Positions 43,459 to 57,500 of a stretch of 64,000 bases of DNA are shown piece after piece. The position numbers and the translations under genes were made by a program. This DNA comes from Octopus vulgaris. Its lineage: Eukaryota. The notes under the pieces were generated by a model. The model had not been told where the DNA came from. It ran no database searches and saw only the letters and a list, made by a program, of their open reading frames with translations. Location: positions 54,498,001 to 54,562,000 of the forward strand of contig OX597818.1 of NCBI GenBank assembly GCA_951406725.2. Direction: 5' to 3'. Each line of letters starts with the position of its first letter. Position 1 is the first letter of the stretch.

Positions 43459-44224
43459 CACCATCACTACCACTGTTACTACCACCACCAGCACCAGCAC
43501 CCCCACAACCACTACCACCACTACAACCACCACCCCACCCCACCCCACTAACAACACCACTACCACCACCACCACTACCACCACTACTGCTGCTGCTACT
43601 ACTACTACTACTATAACTACCACCACCATCACCACCACCACCATCACTACTACCACCACCACCACAACCACCACCACAACCACCACCACCACCACCACCA
43701 CCACCATCACTACTACTTCTACTACCACTACCACCACCACTACTACTACTTTACTACCACCACCATCACCACCACCACCACCACCACCACCACTACTACT
43801 ACTACTATTACCACCACCATCACTACTACTTCTACTACCACCACCACCACCACCACCACCATCACCACCACCACCACCACCACCACCGCCGCCACCGCCG
43901 CCGCCACCGCGTCCGCCACCGCCGTGGTAGAAGTAGCCTTTATTTTGTTATTATTGACAGCTTCTGTTGTGGTTCATATTGTTACACCTACTGCTGCTGC
44001 TGCTGCTGCTGCTATTGTTGTTGTTGTTGTTGTTGCTGTTGTTGTTGTTGTTGTTTTGATTGATGACAAATAGCACTTATCATTTTTTACCTGATTTTGT
44101 TAACAGTACTCAATCAACAGCGGAGATTTAACAGGTAAAAATTGATCGTTTCAATAGCAGCAACAGCAGGAACAACAGCAACATCAACAACAACAACAAC
44201 AAGACCACCACTACCACCACCACC

Positions 44225-44270
<46 letters not shown>
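43337..44270. repeat. Compound trinucleotide microsatellites (ACT/ACC/CCG/GCT/GTT/AAC)
   Basis: Read directly. Confidence 0.95.
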
Positions 44271-44271
<1 letters not shown>

Positions 44272-44673
44272 AAACACGTAGACACACCTAAAACGTTGCT
44301 CATATTTACCGGAACCGTGAGTGCTTGCACATACATACACCCATACATTTATATATATATATATGTATATATATGTGCGTATATATACATAGGCAAAAAG
44401 CCTTTTTAAAAGGATGGACAAAGGCAGAGGGAAAGGGTGAGCGTGTGAATGTGTGAGCGTGTGCGTGTGTGTGTGTGTATATGAGGGCATATGCACAGAC
44501 ACAAGCACACACACATGCACGCTCACACATTCGCACGCACACACATAAATACATATATAGAACACACATAAATATATATATATATATATATAGAAACCAT
44601 ATGTGAAATATAGAAAACATATCTACATAAACTGATACACACACACACACACAGACACGCACACACACACACA

Positions 44674-44719
<46 letters not shown>

Positions 44720-44879
44720 GAACATACGGGCACCTGGACATACATGTTTTGGTAGAGCAAACGGACGAGAAAGAAGGAGGACTCACTACACATATTCAAG
44801 TTTATTTATTCGTTCAAAACCGATAAATCATTAAACCATCGGCTTCGAACGAATACATACACACGCACGCAAACACACA

Positions 44880-44942
<63 letters not shown>

Positions 44943-45023
44943 ACACACACACATATATATATATATATAATCATAAAGATACATACTCACACTTGCTCGT
45001 CGATACCACCACCACTAAATATA

Positions 45024-45096
<73 letters not shown>

Positions 45097-45344
45097 GCAT
45101 ATGTTTCTACACATACGCGTACTACATTCATAAACCCCCTCAAAAAAAGTCCTTAACATGGTGCTGCTGTTTATTTGGCACCAAAATCATGTCACCGTTG
45201 TACTCTTGTTTTTGCATTTGTTACAAGATGTGCTGCTCTGGACTACCGTGGAATCGAACCAGCTTCACAGTCGAAGGTGAGAGTTAACAATTGTTGTTTT
45301 TTTTCCCCCGCTATATAATTGACCCTGCTATTCTAATTCCTTTC

Positions 45345-45578
45345 AACGGCGGCGAGCTGGCAGAAACGTTAGCACGCCGGGCGAAATGCGTAGCCGTATT
45401 TCGTCTGTCGTTACGTTCTGAGTTCAAATTCCGCCGTGGTCGACTTTGCCTTTCATCCTTTCGTGGTCGATAAATTAAGTACCAGTTACGCACTGGGGTC
45501 GATGTAATCGACTAAATCCCTTTGTCTGTCCTTGTTTGTCCCCTCTGTGTTTAGCTCCTTGTGGGTAGTAAAGAAATA
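45345..45578 (+). mobile_element. SINE monomer with 16-bp TSD
   Basis: TATTCTAATTCCTTTC at 45329-45344 and 45579-45594; head GGCGGCGAGCTGGCAGAAACGTTAG, B-box GAGTTCAAATTCC. The central block resembles the MetaSINE-type domain (from recall). Confidence 0.88.
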
Positions 45579-45802
45579 TATTCTAATTCCTTTCCGTTGC
45601 TCTTCTTCCTCGTCAAGATATTGTAAAGATAAACCGGATTATTTCTCTTGGATTGTTTTGTTTATTATTTGTTTCTTTTGCTTTTCTAAAACTTTATACT
45701 AGTTTATAATATGGACATTATACGATAAAGTGGTTAAATGGCAGAGATGTAATAGCGTTGTTATTATATTTATATATTACACAAACACAAAAAAAGAAAT
45801 TA

Positions 45803-45834
<32 letters not shown>

Positions 45835-45995
45835 AATTATAATATATATATATAAACTTAGATAAACTTAGATATGTTTCGACCAAAGATTGGTCCAGGC
45901 CATGTCTCTAACTTAATGGCACCACCTGATATATATATATATATATATATATACACGCGCACATATATATTACATATATATATATATATATATAT

Positions 45996-46178
45996 ATAAG
46001 CAAGGAAAAATTGTAAAAAGGCAGAATGCTAAATTGAAAGAACATTTTAATACAAATGGGTGTATGGAAACATTTTTTTTTCAAAAAAAAAAAAAAAAAA
46101 TTTTTTCCATACACCCATTTGTATTAAAATGTTCTTTCAATTTAGCATTCTGCCTTTTTACAATTTTTCCTTGCTTAT
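45996..46178. repeat. Perfect hairpin with 75-bp arms (45996-46070 / 46104-46178) and a T/A-run spacer
   Basis: Arms are exact reverse complements as read. Confidence 0.92.
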
Positions 46179-46232
46179 CATTTCTCCACGTGCGGTCAAC
46201 ACAACCCCACCATTTATTGATCTATCTATCTA

Positions 46233-46315
<83 letters not shown>

Positions 46316-46490
46316 CCCCTCTCTGTATGTTGTCGGACATACTACACTCTGAGTCGGGATTCTAGAAGGATCAAGTTTGGAATATCGTGGAGGTCGACAG
46401 AGAAATTACTTTCCAAAGAACTAGTGTAGATTTTCCATCCTTTCTATCTGTCTGTCTGTCTGTCTGTCTGAATGTATGTATGTATGCTTG

Positions 46491-46531
<41 letters not shown>

Positions 46532-46638
46532 GTCTGTCTGCCTGTCTTTCTTCTGTCTCTGTCTATCTCTGTCTGTCTGACTCTCACTCTCTCCTTCTTT
46601 GTCTCTGTTTCTGTCTGTCTCTTACTCTCTCCTCCTTC

Positions 46639-46681
<43 letters not shown>

Positions 46682-47082
46682 TATTTAAAAAAAAAACACG
46701 AAGACTTGTGGCCCTTTGAATAGGATACTGCACTCACGATATTTGGATTTGATTCCTGGATCAAGCAGTGCATTACGCTCTTGAACAGAACACTCCATAT
46801 CGCCTTCCCTCACTCCACTCAGCTGCAAATGCGTGTAACCCTGCAACACACTAGCGTTTCGCTCAGCAGGAATGGTGTCATCCGATCACTTATACGCCAC
46901 GAAACCCGGGTAACCGTCCCTATGAATCCAAGGATTCGAAACAGCTCTTACTTACACCGGAAGTAAAAAAAAAACACCTCGCCCGCCTAAAACTATTGCT
47001 AACTGCACAAAGACCTAAATGGGTCACCGGAGGGTTTAGAGAAATTGATAGGAACGAGGCACAAGTTACCCAAAATGTTAAT

Positions 47083-48894
47083 AGGCGTAGAAGTGGCCGT
47101 GTGGTAAGTAGCTTGCTTGCCAACCACATGGTTCCGGGTTCATTCCCACTGCGTGGCACCTTGGGCAACTATCTTCTACTATAGCCTCGTGCCGACCAAA
47201 GCCTTGTGAGTGGATTTGGTAGACGGAAACTGAAAGAAGCCCGTCGTATATATATACATATATGTACCATCTTCACCATCACTAACAGCAAACTCCATAA
47301 CAACTATGGAATTTACACCTGCAATGCTGCGACGTCACCTTCAAAATAAGCGCAACTATGCCTCCCCTGGTCTCGATGGAGTTACATACCTGCTTCTCAA
47401 ACGTGGCAGGCACTTCCTTTTACACCAGCTTTCTATTTTCTTCCAGTACTGTCTCAACAATGGTGCTACTCCGGAGCAGTGGAAAACTGCCAGTGTCATT
47501 CCTCTGTTCAAAAAGGGCGACCGCACATCACCTGTCAACTATCGCCCAGTCAGTCTCACTAGCTGTATTGCAAAACTGATGGAATCGTGTGTCAGAGAAA
47601 CACTCTGGAACTTCTGGAGCTCTCACAGTCTCATCCGACCCTCACAATATGGATTTGTCCCTAACTCCAGCTGCAGTGACCAGCTTGTCGAGTTCCTTGA
47701 GGACATTACTCAGATTTCTGACAGTGGCTCATGGGTGGATGTTGTCTACCTTGACTTTGCTAAGGCTTTCAACTCTGTGCCACACAAAAGGCTTATGGTG
47801 AAACTCTCTGCAATGGGTGTGGGGGATGACCTTTTTAACTGGTTGAAATCCTTCATCCTCAGCCGAAAGGAGGTAGTCACAGTTCTAGGACAGCACTCTA
47901 CACCATATGAGATGTCATCGGGTGTACCACAGGGATCTGTCCTTGGTCTCCTCTTGTTTGTGGCATACATTAACGACATAGATGCCAATTTAAAGAATGC
48001 CACAGTATTGAAATATGCAGACGACATCAAGCTGTACCTTGAAATCAAGAGGACAGATCCTGATGTCTACAACTCTTTCCTGCAATCAGACCTAGACACA
48101 ATGCAGCAATGGATCACAGACTGGCAACTGAAACTGGCTGTGGACAAGTGTACCACCATGCATTTTGGGAGAAAAAACCCTGCGTTCACTTACTCCCTCC
48201 ACAACACTGATATCAAGAAATCCTCTTGCGAGCGTGGCCTAGGCATCACTGTCAGCAGTGATTTGCGTTGGTCAAAGCATATCTCTAAGATTGTCAGGAA
48301 GGCCGAGGGTGTCTTGGCATCACTCAGCAGGTCTTTTGTTAGCCGCTCTCTAGCCATCTATTTAAAACTGTATACAGCTATGGTACGACCACACTTGGAA
48401 TTCGCATCATCAGTTTGGAACCCCTATCTTGCACAGAACATTGACCTCCTGGAATCTGTCCAGAGACGTGCAACCAAACGCATACCCTCCATCAGACACC
48501 TACCATATTCTGAGCGCCTTGTTTCCCTGGGCATGGATTCACTGAAGCTCCGGCGTTTGGCGACGGACTTGGTAAACACCCACAAAGTTATCAACCACCT
48601 CACCAACAACAACACTGAACACCTTTTTGATCTCCATGTGTCTAACACACGTGGACATGCCTACAAAGTCAGAAAACAATACAGCTCCCATGACTTTCGG
48701 AAACATTTTTTCACGCTCAGAGTTGCTGAAGCATGGAATAAACTGCCTGCGTCAGTTGTTGACTGCCATGACACTGCATCTTTTAAGGCCCTCATGCTTT
48801 CCGAAATCCGCCGAAACTACACCTGATTATATATACACTTTAGATGAGTTGTAGTGCACCTGAGCACTGTACACAATTATTATTATTATTATAT

Positions 48895-48941
<47 letters not shown>

Positions 48942-49128
48942 TTGTGTGTCAGTGTTTGTCCTCCCAACATCGCTTGACAACCGATGCTGGTGTGTTTATG
49001 TCCCCGTAACTTAGCGGTTCGGCAAAAGAGACCGATAGAATAAGTACTAGGCTCACAAAGAATAAGTCTTTGGGTTGATTTTCTCGACTCAAGGCGGTGC
49101 TCCAGCACGGCCACTGTCAAATGACTGT
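47083..49128 (+). mobile_element. tRNA-derived SINE split by a LINE insertion (halves 47083-47262 and about 48895-49128)
   Basis: The halves are collinear with the intact SINE at 49578-49998; the break is in its internal (TA)n. Confidence 0.85.
47265..48892 (+). mobile_element. CR1/L2-group LINE, 5'-truncated, with uninterrupted RT ORF 47306-48826
   Basis: SPGLDGV, IPLFKKGDR..NYRPVSLTS, QYGF, DVVYLDFAKAFNSVPH, SGVPQGSVLG, YADDIK, VRPHLEFAS.VWNP, LESVQRRATK; (ATT)n tail. Confidence 0.93.
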
Positions 49129-49577
49129 TCTAATTTAAACACAAGGTCAGCGGGGAGGGAGGGGGGTTAATTAACTCGAGGCCAGTACTTAAATGATGAG
49201 AAATAACAGGCAAAATTGGCCTCGACGGGATTTCAACTGAAAAGCCGAAACAAATTCCTTAGCACAAATTTTGTTCGACGCTCTTACAAATCTGCCAACC
49301 CACCACAGTGTCTTCGGTTTTAATTTAGGCACAAAGTCAACAACTTTGAGGGGAGGGGTTAGTTAGTATTTAACAAAAAAGAAACGTTTATATTGCCTTA
49401 GTCCAATAGTTGTAAACCTTCCAAATAGTTCAATGAGGATCGTTGTGCGAAATAAAAGCAAAAATAGAAAATATTTTTCTTCAGTTACATCTGCGAAGAA
49501 TCGAGGAATATCGGAGAAGAATTTTACACGTCAGACTGTAGCCTGTAGCAACATTAAGTCTTTCTACTATAGACGCA

Positions 49578-49998
49578 GGCGCAGGAGTGGCTTTGTGGTA
49601 AGTAGCTTGCTAACCAACCACATGGTTCCGGGTTCAGTCCCACTGCGTGGCATCTTGGGCAAGTGTCTTCTGCTATAGCCCCCGGGCCGACCAATGCATT
49701 GTGAGTGGATTTGGTAGACGGAAACTGAAAGAAGCCTGTCGTATATATATGTATATATATGTATATGTATGTGTGTGTGTGTTTGTATGTCTGTGTTTGT
49801 CCCCCTAGTATTGCTAGACAACCGATGCTGGTGTGTTTACGTCCCCGTCACTTAGCGGTTCGGCAAAAGAGACTGATAGAATAAGCACTGGGCTTACAAA
49901 GAATAAGTCCTGGGGTCGATTTTCTCGACTAAAGGCGGTGCTCCAGCATGGCCACAGTCAAATGACTGAAACAAGTAAAAGAGTAAAAGAGTAAAAGA
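49578..49998 (+). mobile_element. Full-length tRNA-derived SINE
   Basis: Head GGCGCAGGAGTGG..GGTTCAGTCCC, internal (TA)/(TG) tract, tail GGCGGTGCTCCAGCATGGCCACAGTCAAATGACTGAAAC plus (GTAAAAGA)3. Confidence 0.88.
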
Positions 49999-50556
49999 GG
50001 GCCTGAAATTTGGAGGAAGGAGGTTAGTTGATTACATCGACCCCAGTGCTCAACTGGTACTTATTTCATCGACCCCAAAATGATGGAAATCAGAGTCGAT
50101 CTCATGGCATTTGACTGCAGAACGTAGAACCGCAAGAAATGTAGCAAAGCATTGTTTTTGGAGTGCTAACGATTCTGCTTGTTCGCGGCCTTTAAATAAT
50201 GGTCTCAAATTTTGGCACAGGGCAAGCAGTTTTTCAAGGGAGGGATTAAGTCGATTACATTGATCCCAGTACTTGATTGGCACTTATTTTATCGACCTTG
50301 AAAGGATGAAACGCAAAGCTGACCTCGTGGAATTTGAACTAAGAAAGTAAGCATTTTGTTCGATATGCTAAAACTTCTGCCAGTTTGTCGACTTACTGGC
50401 GCAAAAATTGGTTTCAAATTTTGGTAGAATGCCAGCAAGTTCGGAGGTGGGGATTAACCGATTACATCGATCCAAGTACTCACACTGGTACTTATTTATC
50501 AACTCAAAAAAGATAAAAGACAAAATCGAATTCCTCGGCATTTGAACTCGGAACAT
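49999..50556 (+). mobile_element. Tandem degenerate SINE fragments (antisense to the 42026 family; another at 51585-51797)
   Basis: Repeated GATTACATCGA.CCCAGT...TGGTACTTATTT.ATCGACC...GAATTTGAACT blocks. Confidence 0.65.
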
Positions 50557-50570
50557 CTTAATAATAATAA

Positions 50571-51400
50571 TGTAGAGATACCGTGGAATCTAATGCAACA
50601 CTGTGATTATGAAATTGAACATCGAAATCCCGATATGATGGTTATGAATAAAGAATGGAAGAAAAATACGCTAGTTATGGCTGGTTATGGCTGATGGACG
50701 GAAACCTGAACTGAGAGACCAAAGCGCTAATTATAGCCGCTCCAGAACAATCCATTAGAACGAATCTGATAAGTGCAAAGACCGACAAAACTTAGAGAGC
50801 AAAAGTAGAATCTGTAGGAAAAGAGACGGAAGTATTAATAATCTCTAGAGTAAATGCAGTAAGCTAGCACAAAAAGAGTATAAGTGCAGGTATTACGGTG
50901 TAAATAGAAGATTGCATTAGGATATTAGCCGAGTAGTGAGGCATCGAAATAACAGGAAATTGACTGTAATAAAGAAAAAGAATCACTGAAACTTATGGGA
51001 CTTCCTTATAAAGACTAACCATATTACGAAAGAATGAAGGCCAGATATGATTACAGAGTATAAAATAAAACAATGTTAAGTTAAATTTTTGGCTCAAAAA
51101 GCAATATTGTAATAATATATAATAATATGTAATATTAAAGACTTTGTAATTCCCTATGATAACAAAGGAGAAATGCTAGGATCTAGCCAGAGAAGTGAAG
51201 AGATTGTGGAAGACTAAGATAACAATTATTCTGGTAATAATTGGTGCTTCCTAAAGTCAGAAAGATACTGGAACTGAAATTCGCATTGTCGACTTGCAGA
51301 AAACTGCTATGTTCTATTCTGCAAGAATCTTAAGGAAGATTCTTGAAATTTGAGGAGACTTGTTATCACCAAAACTCAAGACAGCATTCCTGCAAATTGG
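50571..51400 (+). mobile_element. Highly degraded R4/Dong-like LINE 3' fragment between (TAA)n tracts
   Basis: Broken WLWL..GNL..ETKALIIAAPEQSIRTN, C..C, LWDF.I.T.H, RPD and DFVIPYD motifs. Confidence 0.6.
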
Positions 51401-51557
<157 letters not shown>

Positions 51558-51795
51558 CAACAACAATAATAATAATAATAATAATCCTTTCTACTATAGG
51601 CACAAGGCCTGAAATTTTGGGGAAGGGACCATTTGATTACATCGATCCCGATACATAACTGGTACTTAATTTATAGACCCCGAAGGGTTGAAAGGTAAAG
51701 TCGACTTCGGCGGAATTTGAACTCAGAATGTAGTGCAGACGAGATGCTGCTAGGCGTTTAGCCCGGCGTGCTAACGATTCTACCAGTTCGCTACC

Positions 51796-51871
<76 letters not shown>

Positions 51872-51873
<2 letters not shown>

Positions 51874-54227
51874 GTTAGTGATACTATTTAATAGTATTAT
51901 GAAAGACCCGGAAAAAACACCACATTGGATGGCAAATGGTATTACTTACCTCCTTCCCAAAAATAACAAAACGAAAGACCCCAAAAACTACCGGCCTATA
52001 ACATGTTTATCTACTACCTATAAGATTTTGACATCTATTCTAGTAGAGAAAGCATATACGTTTATGGAAGAGAATAACCTCTTCCCCACTGAACAAATAG
52101 GATGCAGACGAGGCTCATACGGATGCAAAGATCAGCTCCTAATTAATCGCATGATCCTTGAGAACTGCCATAACAAGCGCAGAAATCTCAGCTCTTCATG
52201 GATTGATTATAAAAAAGCCTTTGACAGCATACCACATTCGTGGATTCTGAAATCGCTGGACATTTTCAAAATTTCTCCTGTGATTTCAGATTTTTTAAAG
52301 TATAATATGTCACTATGGAGCACGAAGCTCCAATTATATCATTCTAATGGAGTATTGCACTCAAACAACATTAGCATAAACTGTGGAATTTTCCAAGGTG
52401 ACTCACTTTCAGCACTAATTTTCTGCATAGCACTAATACCACTCTCAAGTGAACTGAATAGAACAGGGTATGGCTACAAAATTGACAACAGGAAAATAAG
52501 CCATCTATTTTATATGGATGACTTAAAACTATATGGCAAAGATGATGAAGAGCTTGAAGGATTATTACATACTGTGAAAGGATTCAGTGATGATATCGGG
52601 ATGGAGTTTGGCCTTGAAAAGTGTGCCGAAGCCACTTTTAAGAAAGGGAAATTGGTAAAGTCTAGTTCAATCGAATTAGATGTCGAAATAGTAATAAAGG
52701 AACTTGAGCAGGAACAAACCTATAAATACCTAGGAATAAATGAAGGCTCTGGTATCCAGCATGCAAGCATGAAAGAGAAGGTTAGGATAGAATGTTATAG
52801 AAGAGTTCGAGCAGTCCTGAAGTCTGAGCTGAATGCATATAATAAGGTTTTAGCCATAAACTCCTTAGCAGTACCAGTTGTTCTTTATAGCTTCAATGTG
52901 CTTAACTGGAATACTAGTGAAATAATGAAAATTGACCGAAAAATCCGCAAGCTACTGACTTGTAATAAGATGCACCATAACAAAGGCAGACGTAGATCGC
53001 CTTTACCTTCCCAGAGCTCAGGGAGGTCGAGGTTTGATCCAGCTTGAGCTTACATACAAAGCCACCACAATCGGACTGGCCAAATACCTTGAAGCAACCA
53101 ACGATTGGATGCTAAAACTTGTTGAAAAACATGAAAGACTGAAAAGACTTCACTCTATTCTCAAAGAGAGCAAAAAATTTGGCTGCTGCTCTCTTAGATA
53201 CCCACCAGACTGATCAGGCTGAAGGAAATACGCCAACTGCAGCTGCAAAGAAAATAAAATTAATTGCAAAGACAAAAGTACATGAAAAATTAGCTAGCAG
53301 ATGGGAACAGAAACCTCTCCATGGCAAGTATGTGGCCCGTAACAAACAAGCTGATGTCGACAAGAAACACACGCAGCAATGGTTACGAAGCTCAGGGCTA
53401 AAAGCAGAGAGTGAAGGTTTCATATTACCTGCTCAAGACCAAAGCTTATTAACCCGGAACTACCAAGCCAATGTGATGAAAAATGGAGCTGACCCAAAAT
53501 GCCGATTCTGTAACGATGAGATTGAAACAATAGACCACCTAATCTCAGGGTGTAGAGTCTTAGCACCTGCAGAATATAAAGCAAGACATGACAGAGTCGG
53601 CCAGTGTTTACATTGGACAATATGTCGACATTATAAAATCAAAACTGCTGACAAATGGTATAAACATCATCCTGAAGCTGTGACTGAGAGAGAAAATGTG
53701 TCGATTCTATGGGACTTCCCCGTGCAGACCGACAAGACTATAAAAGCTAATAAACCGGATATTATTATAAAAGATCAGACAAAAGGGATGTGTTTATTAA
53801 TTGACATGAGTATTCCCTGTGATAACAATATAGCATCGAAAAAATTTGACAAGATTAGTAAATATAAAGACCTGCTAATAGAAATTGTAAAAATGTAGCA
53901 TCTCAAGGCGACTACAGTACCAGTGATTGTAGGATCTCTAGGAATGATAAAAAAAAGGCACTGAAATCTATTTGAAAATGATTCTAGGCTCACCATCCCT
54001 ACAGGAAGTGCAAAAAATCGTATTAACTGGAACAGCTCATGTACTGAGAAGAGCATTATCGCTGTGAAAATAACATCCATCCATGAATTTATTTATTTAT
54101 TTATTTTTAAATACATATTTTATCTGTGAATTTGCGTGTGTAATCTGGGAATGCATACAATGCCCTTCCTGCTCTTGGTGTATGGAAAACACTCGGCGAG
54201 AAACGGAAGAAAATTTGAAGAAAGAAG

Positions 54228-54229
<2 letters not shown>
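51872..54229 (+). mobile_element. R4/Dong-clade LINE, 5'-truncated and disrupted, inserted in (TAA)n
   Basis: NYRPITCL, WIDYKKAFDSIPH, GIFQGDSLS, HLFYMDDLKLY, YKYLG; CRFC..H...C, RHD, KPDI..LIDMSIP restriction-like endonuclease. Frameshift near 52980 and stop at 53896. Confidence 0.92.
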
Positions 54230-54301
<72 letters not shown>

Positions 54302-54509
54302 GCCAGCCAACGAGACAGACAGACACTACTGTGATGGTGATAATGATAAAAAAACAAAAATAACAATAATAAGATACTGCTGTGACTACACATAAAACAA
54401 TATCATTGATGATGATGGTGGTGATGGTGATGGTGATGATGATAATGATGATGGTAATGGTGGTGATAATGATGATAGTGATGGTAATGGTGATGATAAT
54501 AACAATAAT

Positions 54510-57500
54510 AAGCCGACTACGGCTGCTATAATGGTACGATTATAATTGTAACGGCAATGATGGCCGTCTCCCCACGAGCCAATCAAAGCTAAAAAATAAC
54601 ATTATCGTAGCACCAAAATGTTTTTGGAAACTAAAAGGAAAACTAAATCAGTATACCAAATCGCTTGTCCTATGGTTAATCTGGAAGCGCGTCCCCCAGG
54701 GAAGAGCCAGCCTGGGATCGAAAAGTCATCAACTGGCACAAACTCTTCTCCGAATACGGACATGGATGGTCACTTGAACGGGAAATCCCCCAACTCGAGC
54801 CCTCCAAGTTCACCACCACCACCACCACAGAAAGAAAAATGTAAGCGGAACAAATGGACCCGAGAAGAGTATAAAGAAGTAATATACGCTTATTACTATG
54901 CATTAGGTAGGCCATCTCAAGAGAGACACACCGCAAACTCTTACAGTATATGGAGAACACGGAATCAAGATAGTGGGCCATATTTGGACGAGAACAAATT
55001 AGCAAATGTGAGGAGGGATATCTTTAGAAATAACAGACTCACAGACAGTGAAATAAGCGCGATCAAGCACGCAACGGAAAATGACATAAATATAAGACAC
55101 AAAGGAAATGAAGAATCATATGAACAGTATAGCCCGCCACGAGGCTTAATTGAAAGACTGCCATCTGACCAAAGTACGCAAAGGCCTGAAGATACAAGAA
55201 ATTCTATTGTACCAGTTAAAGATAGCCAGGAAAACGAAAAAACAACAGTAACTGAAGATCTCGCATTTGCTGAAGAACACAGAGAGTCTATGGCAGAAAT
55301 GAGGCAGAAAATCCTGAATACGCTTGAAGTTGTAAGACATACAAGTATGAATGATAGAGAACCGCTTCATAAACTCTCAAATACAAACCAAAATAAAAAA
55401 CAAATCCAAATTGGCAACTATGTAACAAATGAAATAATACGAGAATTAAAACCTGATTTTACTGAGTTAAATGAAATTATTTACGCTTCTGCTAGGGCAA
55501 TTGAAACCAGCTGTATGCCCCCGAAAAAACAAAGAAAACAAAACCTGGGAAGAAATCAAACCTGGAGAAGTAAAATTGAAAAAGAGATTGAATTTATGAG
55601 AGGGGAAATATCAATATTAAATGAACTAATATGTGGAAATGATGTAAGATCCAGAACAGGAAGAAAGATGAAGAGAAAATTTGGATCCGCACCAAGAGAA
55701 GAACTGATATCAATAAAAGAAACGCTGAAACAAAAAGTCCAAGCAAAAGCTCAAAGAATACGAAGATTTGAGAAGAGAAACAAGTTTTACAAGCAAAATA
55801 AGCTGTTCACATCCAATGCCAAAAAATTCTACAGAGAAATAGGGAAGGAGAAAGTAACCGTTAAAGACCCCCCTCCCATGGAAGAAGTTCAAAACTTTTG
55901 GACAAGGATTTGGAGTGACAAGAAGACGTACAACATAAATGCAGACTGGATTATACAAACTGAAGGATCCTACCAAAATTTACAACAACAAGCATGGGAA
56001 GACATCACAATAGCAGACCTAAGAAAGGCACTCACGAAGGCCCATAATTGGAAATCCCCCGGTAAAGATAGGGTGCCGAATTTCTGGCTCGCATCGCTCC
56101 CGTGCGCACACGGTAAGCTAGTTCAGCTGCTCAATGGAATTATGAGAGACCCAAAGAAAACACCTGAATGGTTAGCAAGTGGCATTACTTACCTACTCCC
56201 AAAGAATAACGAAACCAACCTTCCAAAAAACTATCGGCCTATAACCTGTCTATCCACCACGTATAAAATCCTAGCATCTATCCTGGCGGAGAAAACATAT
56301 GCATTCATGGAGAAGAACGATATTTTCCCCATTGAACAAAAAGGGTGCCGCCGAGGCTCTTACGGATGCAAAGATCAACTGCTAATCAATTGTATGATCC
56401 TTGAGAACTGTCACAACAAGCGCAGAAATCTCAGCACCGCATGGATTGACTATAAAAAGGCCTTCGACAGTATACCGCATCCATGGATCTTGAGATCGCT
56501 GGACATCTTCAAAATTTCCCCTGTGATTTCAAACTTCCTGAAGCACAATATGTCGTTGTGGAATACGAATCTCCAATCATACCACTCTAATGGAGTACTT
56601 GCCTCAGAAAATATAAACATCAACTGTGGAATTTTTCAAGGTGACTCACTTTCACCTTTAATATTCTGCATAGCCGTAATACCCCTTACAAGTGAATTAA
56701 ACAGAACAGGGTATGGGTATAAAATTGCCAATAAAAAAATAAGCCATCTATTTTATATGGATGACTTAAAACTTTATGGTAAAGACAATAATGAACTTGA
56801 AGGCCTATTGCGCACCGTGAAAGCATTCAGCGATGACATCGGGATGGAGTTTGGACTTGAGAAGTGTGCCAAGGCCACTTTCCAGAAAGGGAAAGTGAAG
56901 ACCACAAATTCAGTCGTGTTAGATGTTGACACAGTCATAAGAGAGCTTGAGCAAGAACAAACATACAAATATTTAGGGATAAATGAAGGCTCTGGTATTC
57001 AGCATGCAAGCATGAAAGAGAAAATCAGGAAGGAATGTTATAGGAGAGTTCGTGCAGTCCTGAAATCTGAACTAAATGCACGTAACAAGGTGTTAGCTAT
57101 AAATTCCTTAGCAGTTCCAGTTGTTACTTATAGCTACAATGTGTTGAACTGGAATATGAGTGAAGTAAAGAATATAGATAGAAAAATACGCAAGCTGCTG
57201 AGTTGTAATAGGATGCACCATCCAAAGGCAGACGTAGATCGCCTTTACCTTCCCAGAGCCCAAGGAGGTCGAGGCCTGATCCAATTTGAACTAGCTTACA
57301 AAACAACCACAATTGGACTGGTCAAATATCTCGAAATATCGAATGACTGGATGCTAAAGCTCGTGGAAAATCACGAGAGACGAAAGAAGCTTCATTCTAT
57401 CATCAAGGAAAGCAAAAAATTTGCTATTGATCTCGTGCAGGATACCCAAACTGAACAACCCGAGGGAAGTACGGCAACTATTGTTGCAAAGAAGGTGAAA

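Noticed and set aside
43316-43930. Mucin- or extensin-like Thr/Pro-rich 204-aa ORF
   Set aside because: Pure trinucleotide microsatellite, open in several frames, with no signal peptide or splice evidence.
54510-54617. HDV-like ribozyme in the Dong 5'UTR
   Set aside because: I could not assemble a consistent P1/P2/P3/P1.1 pseudoknot by eye; a descriptor search would be needed.
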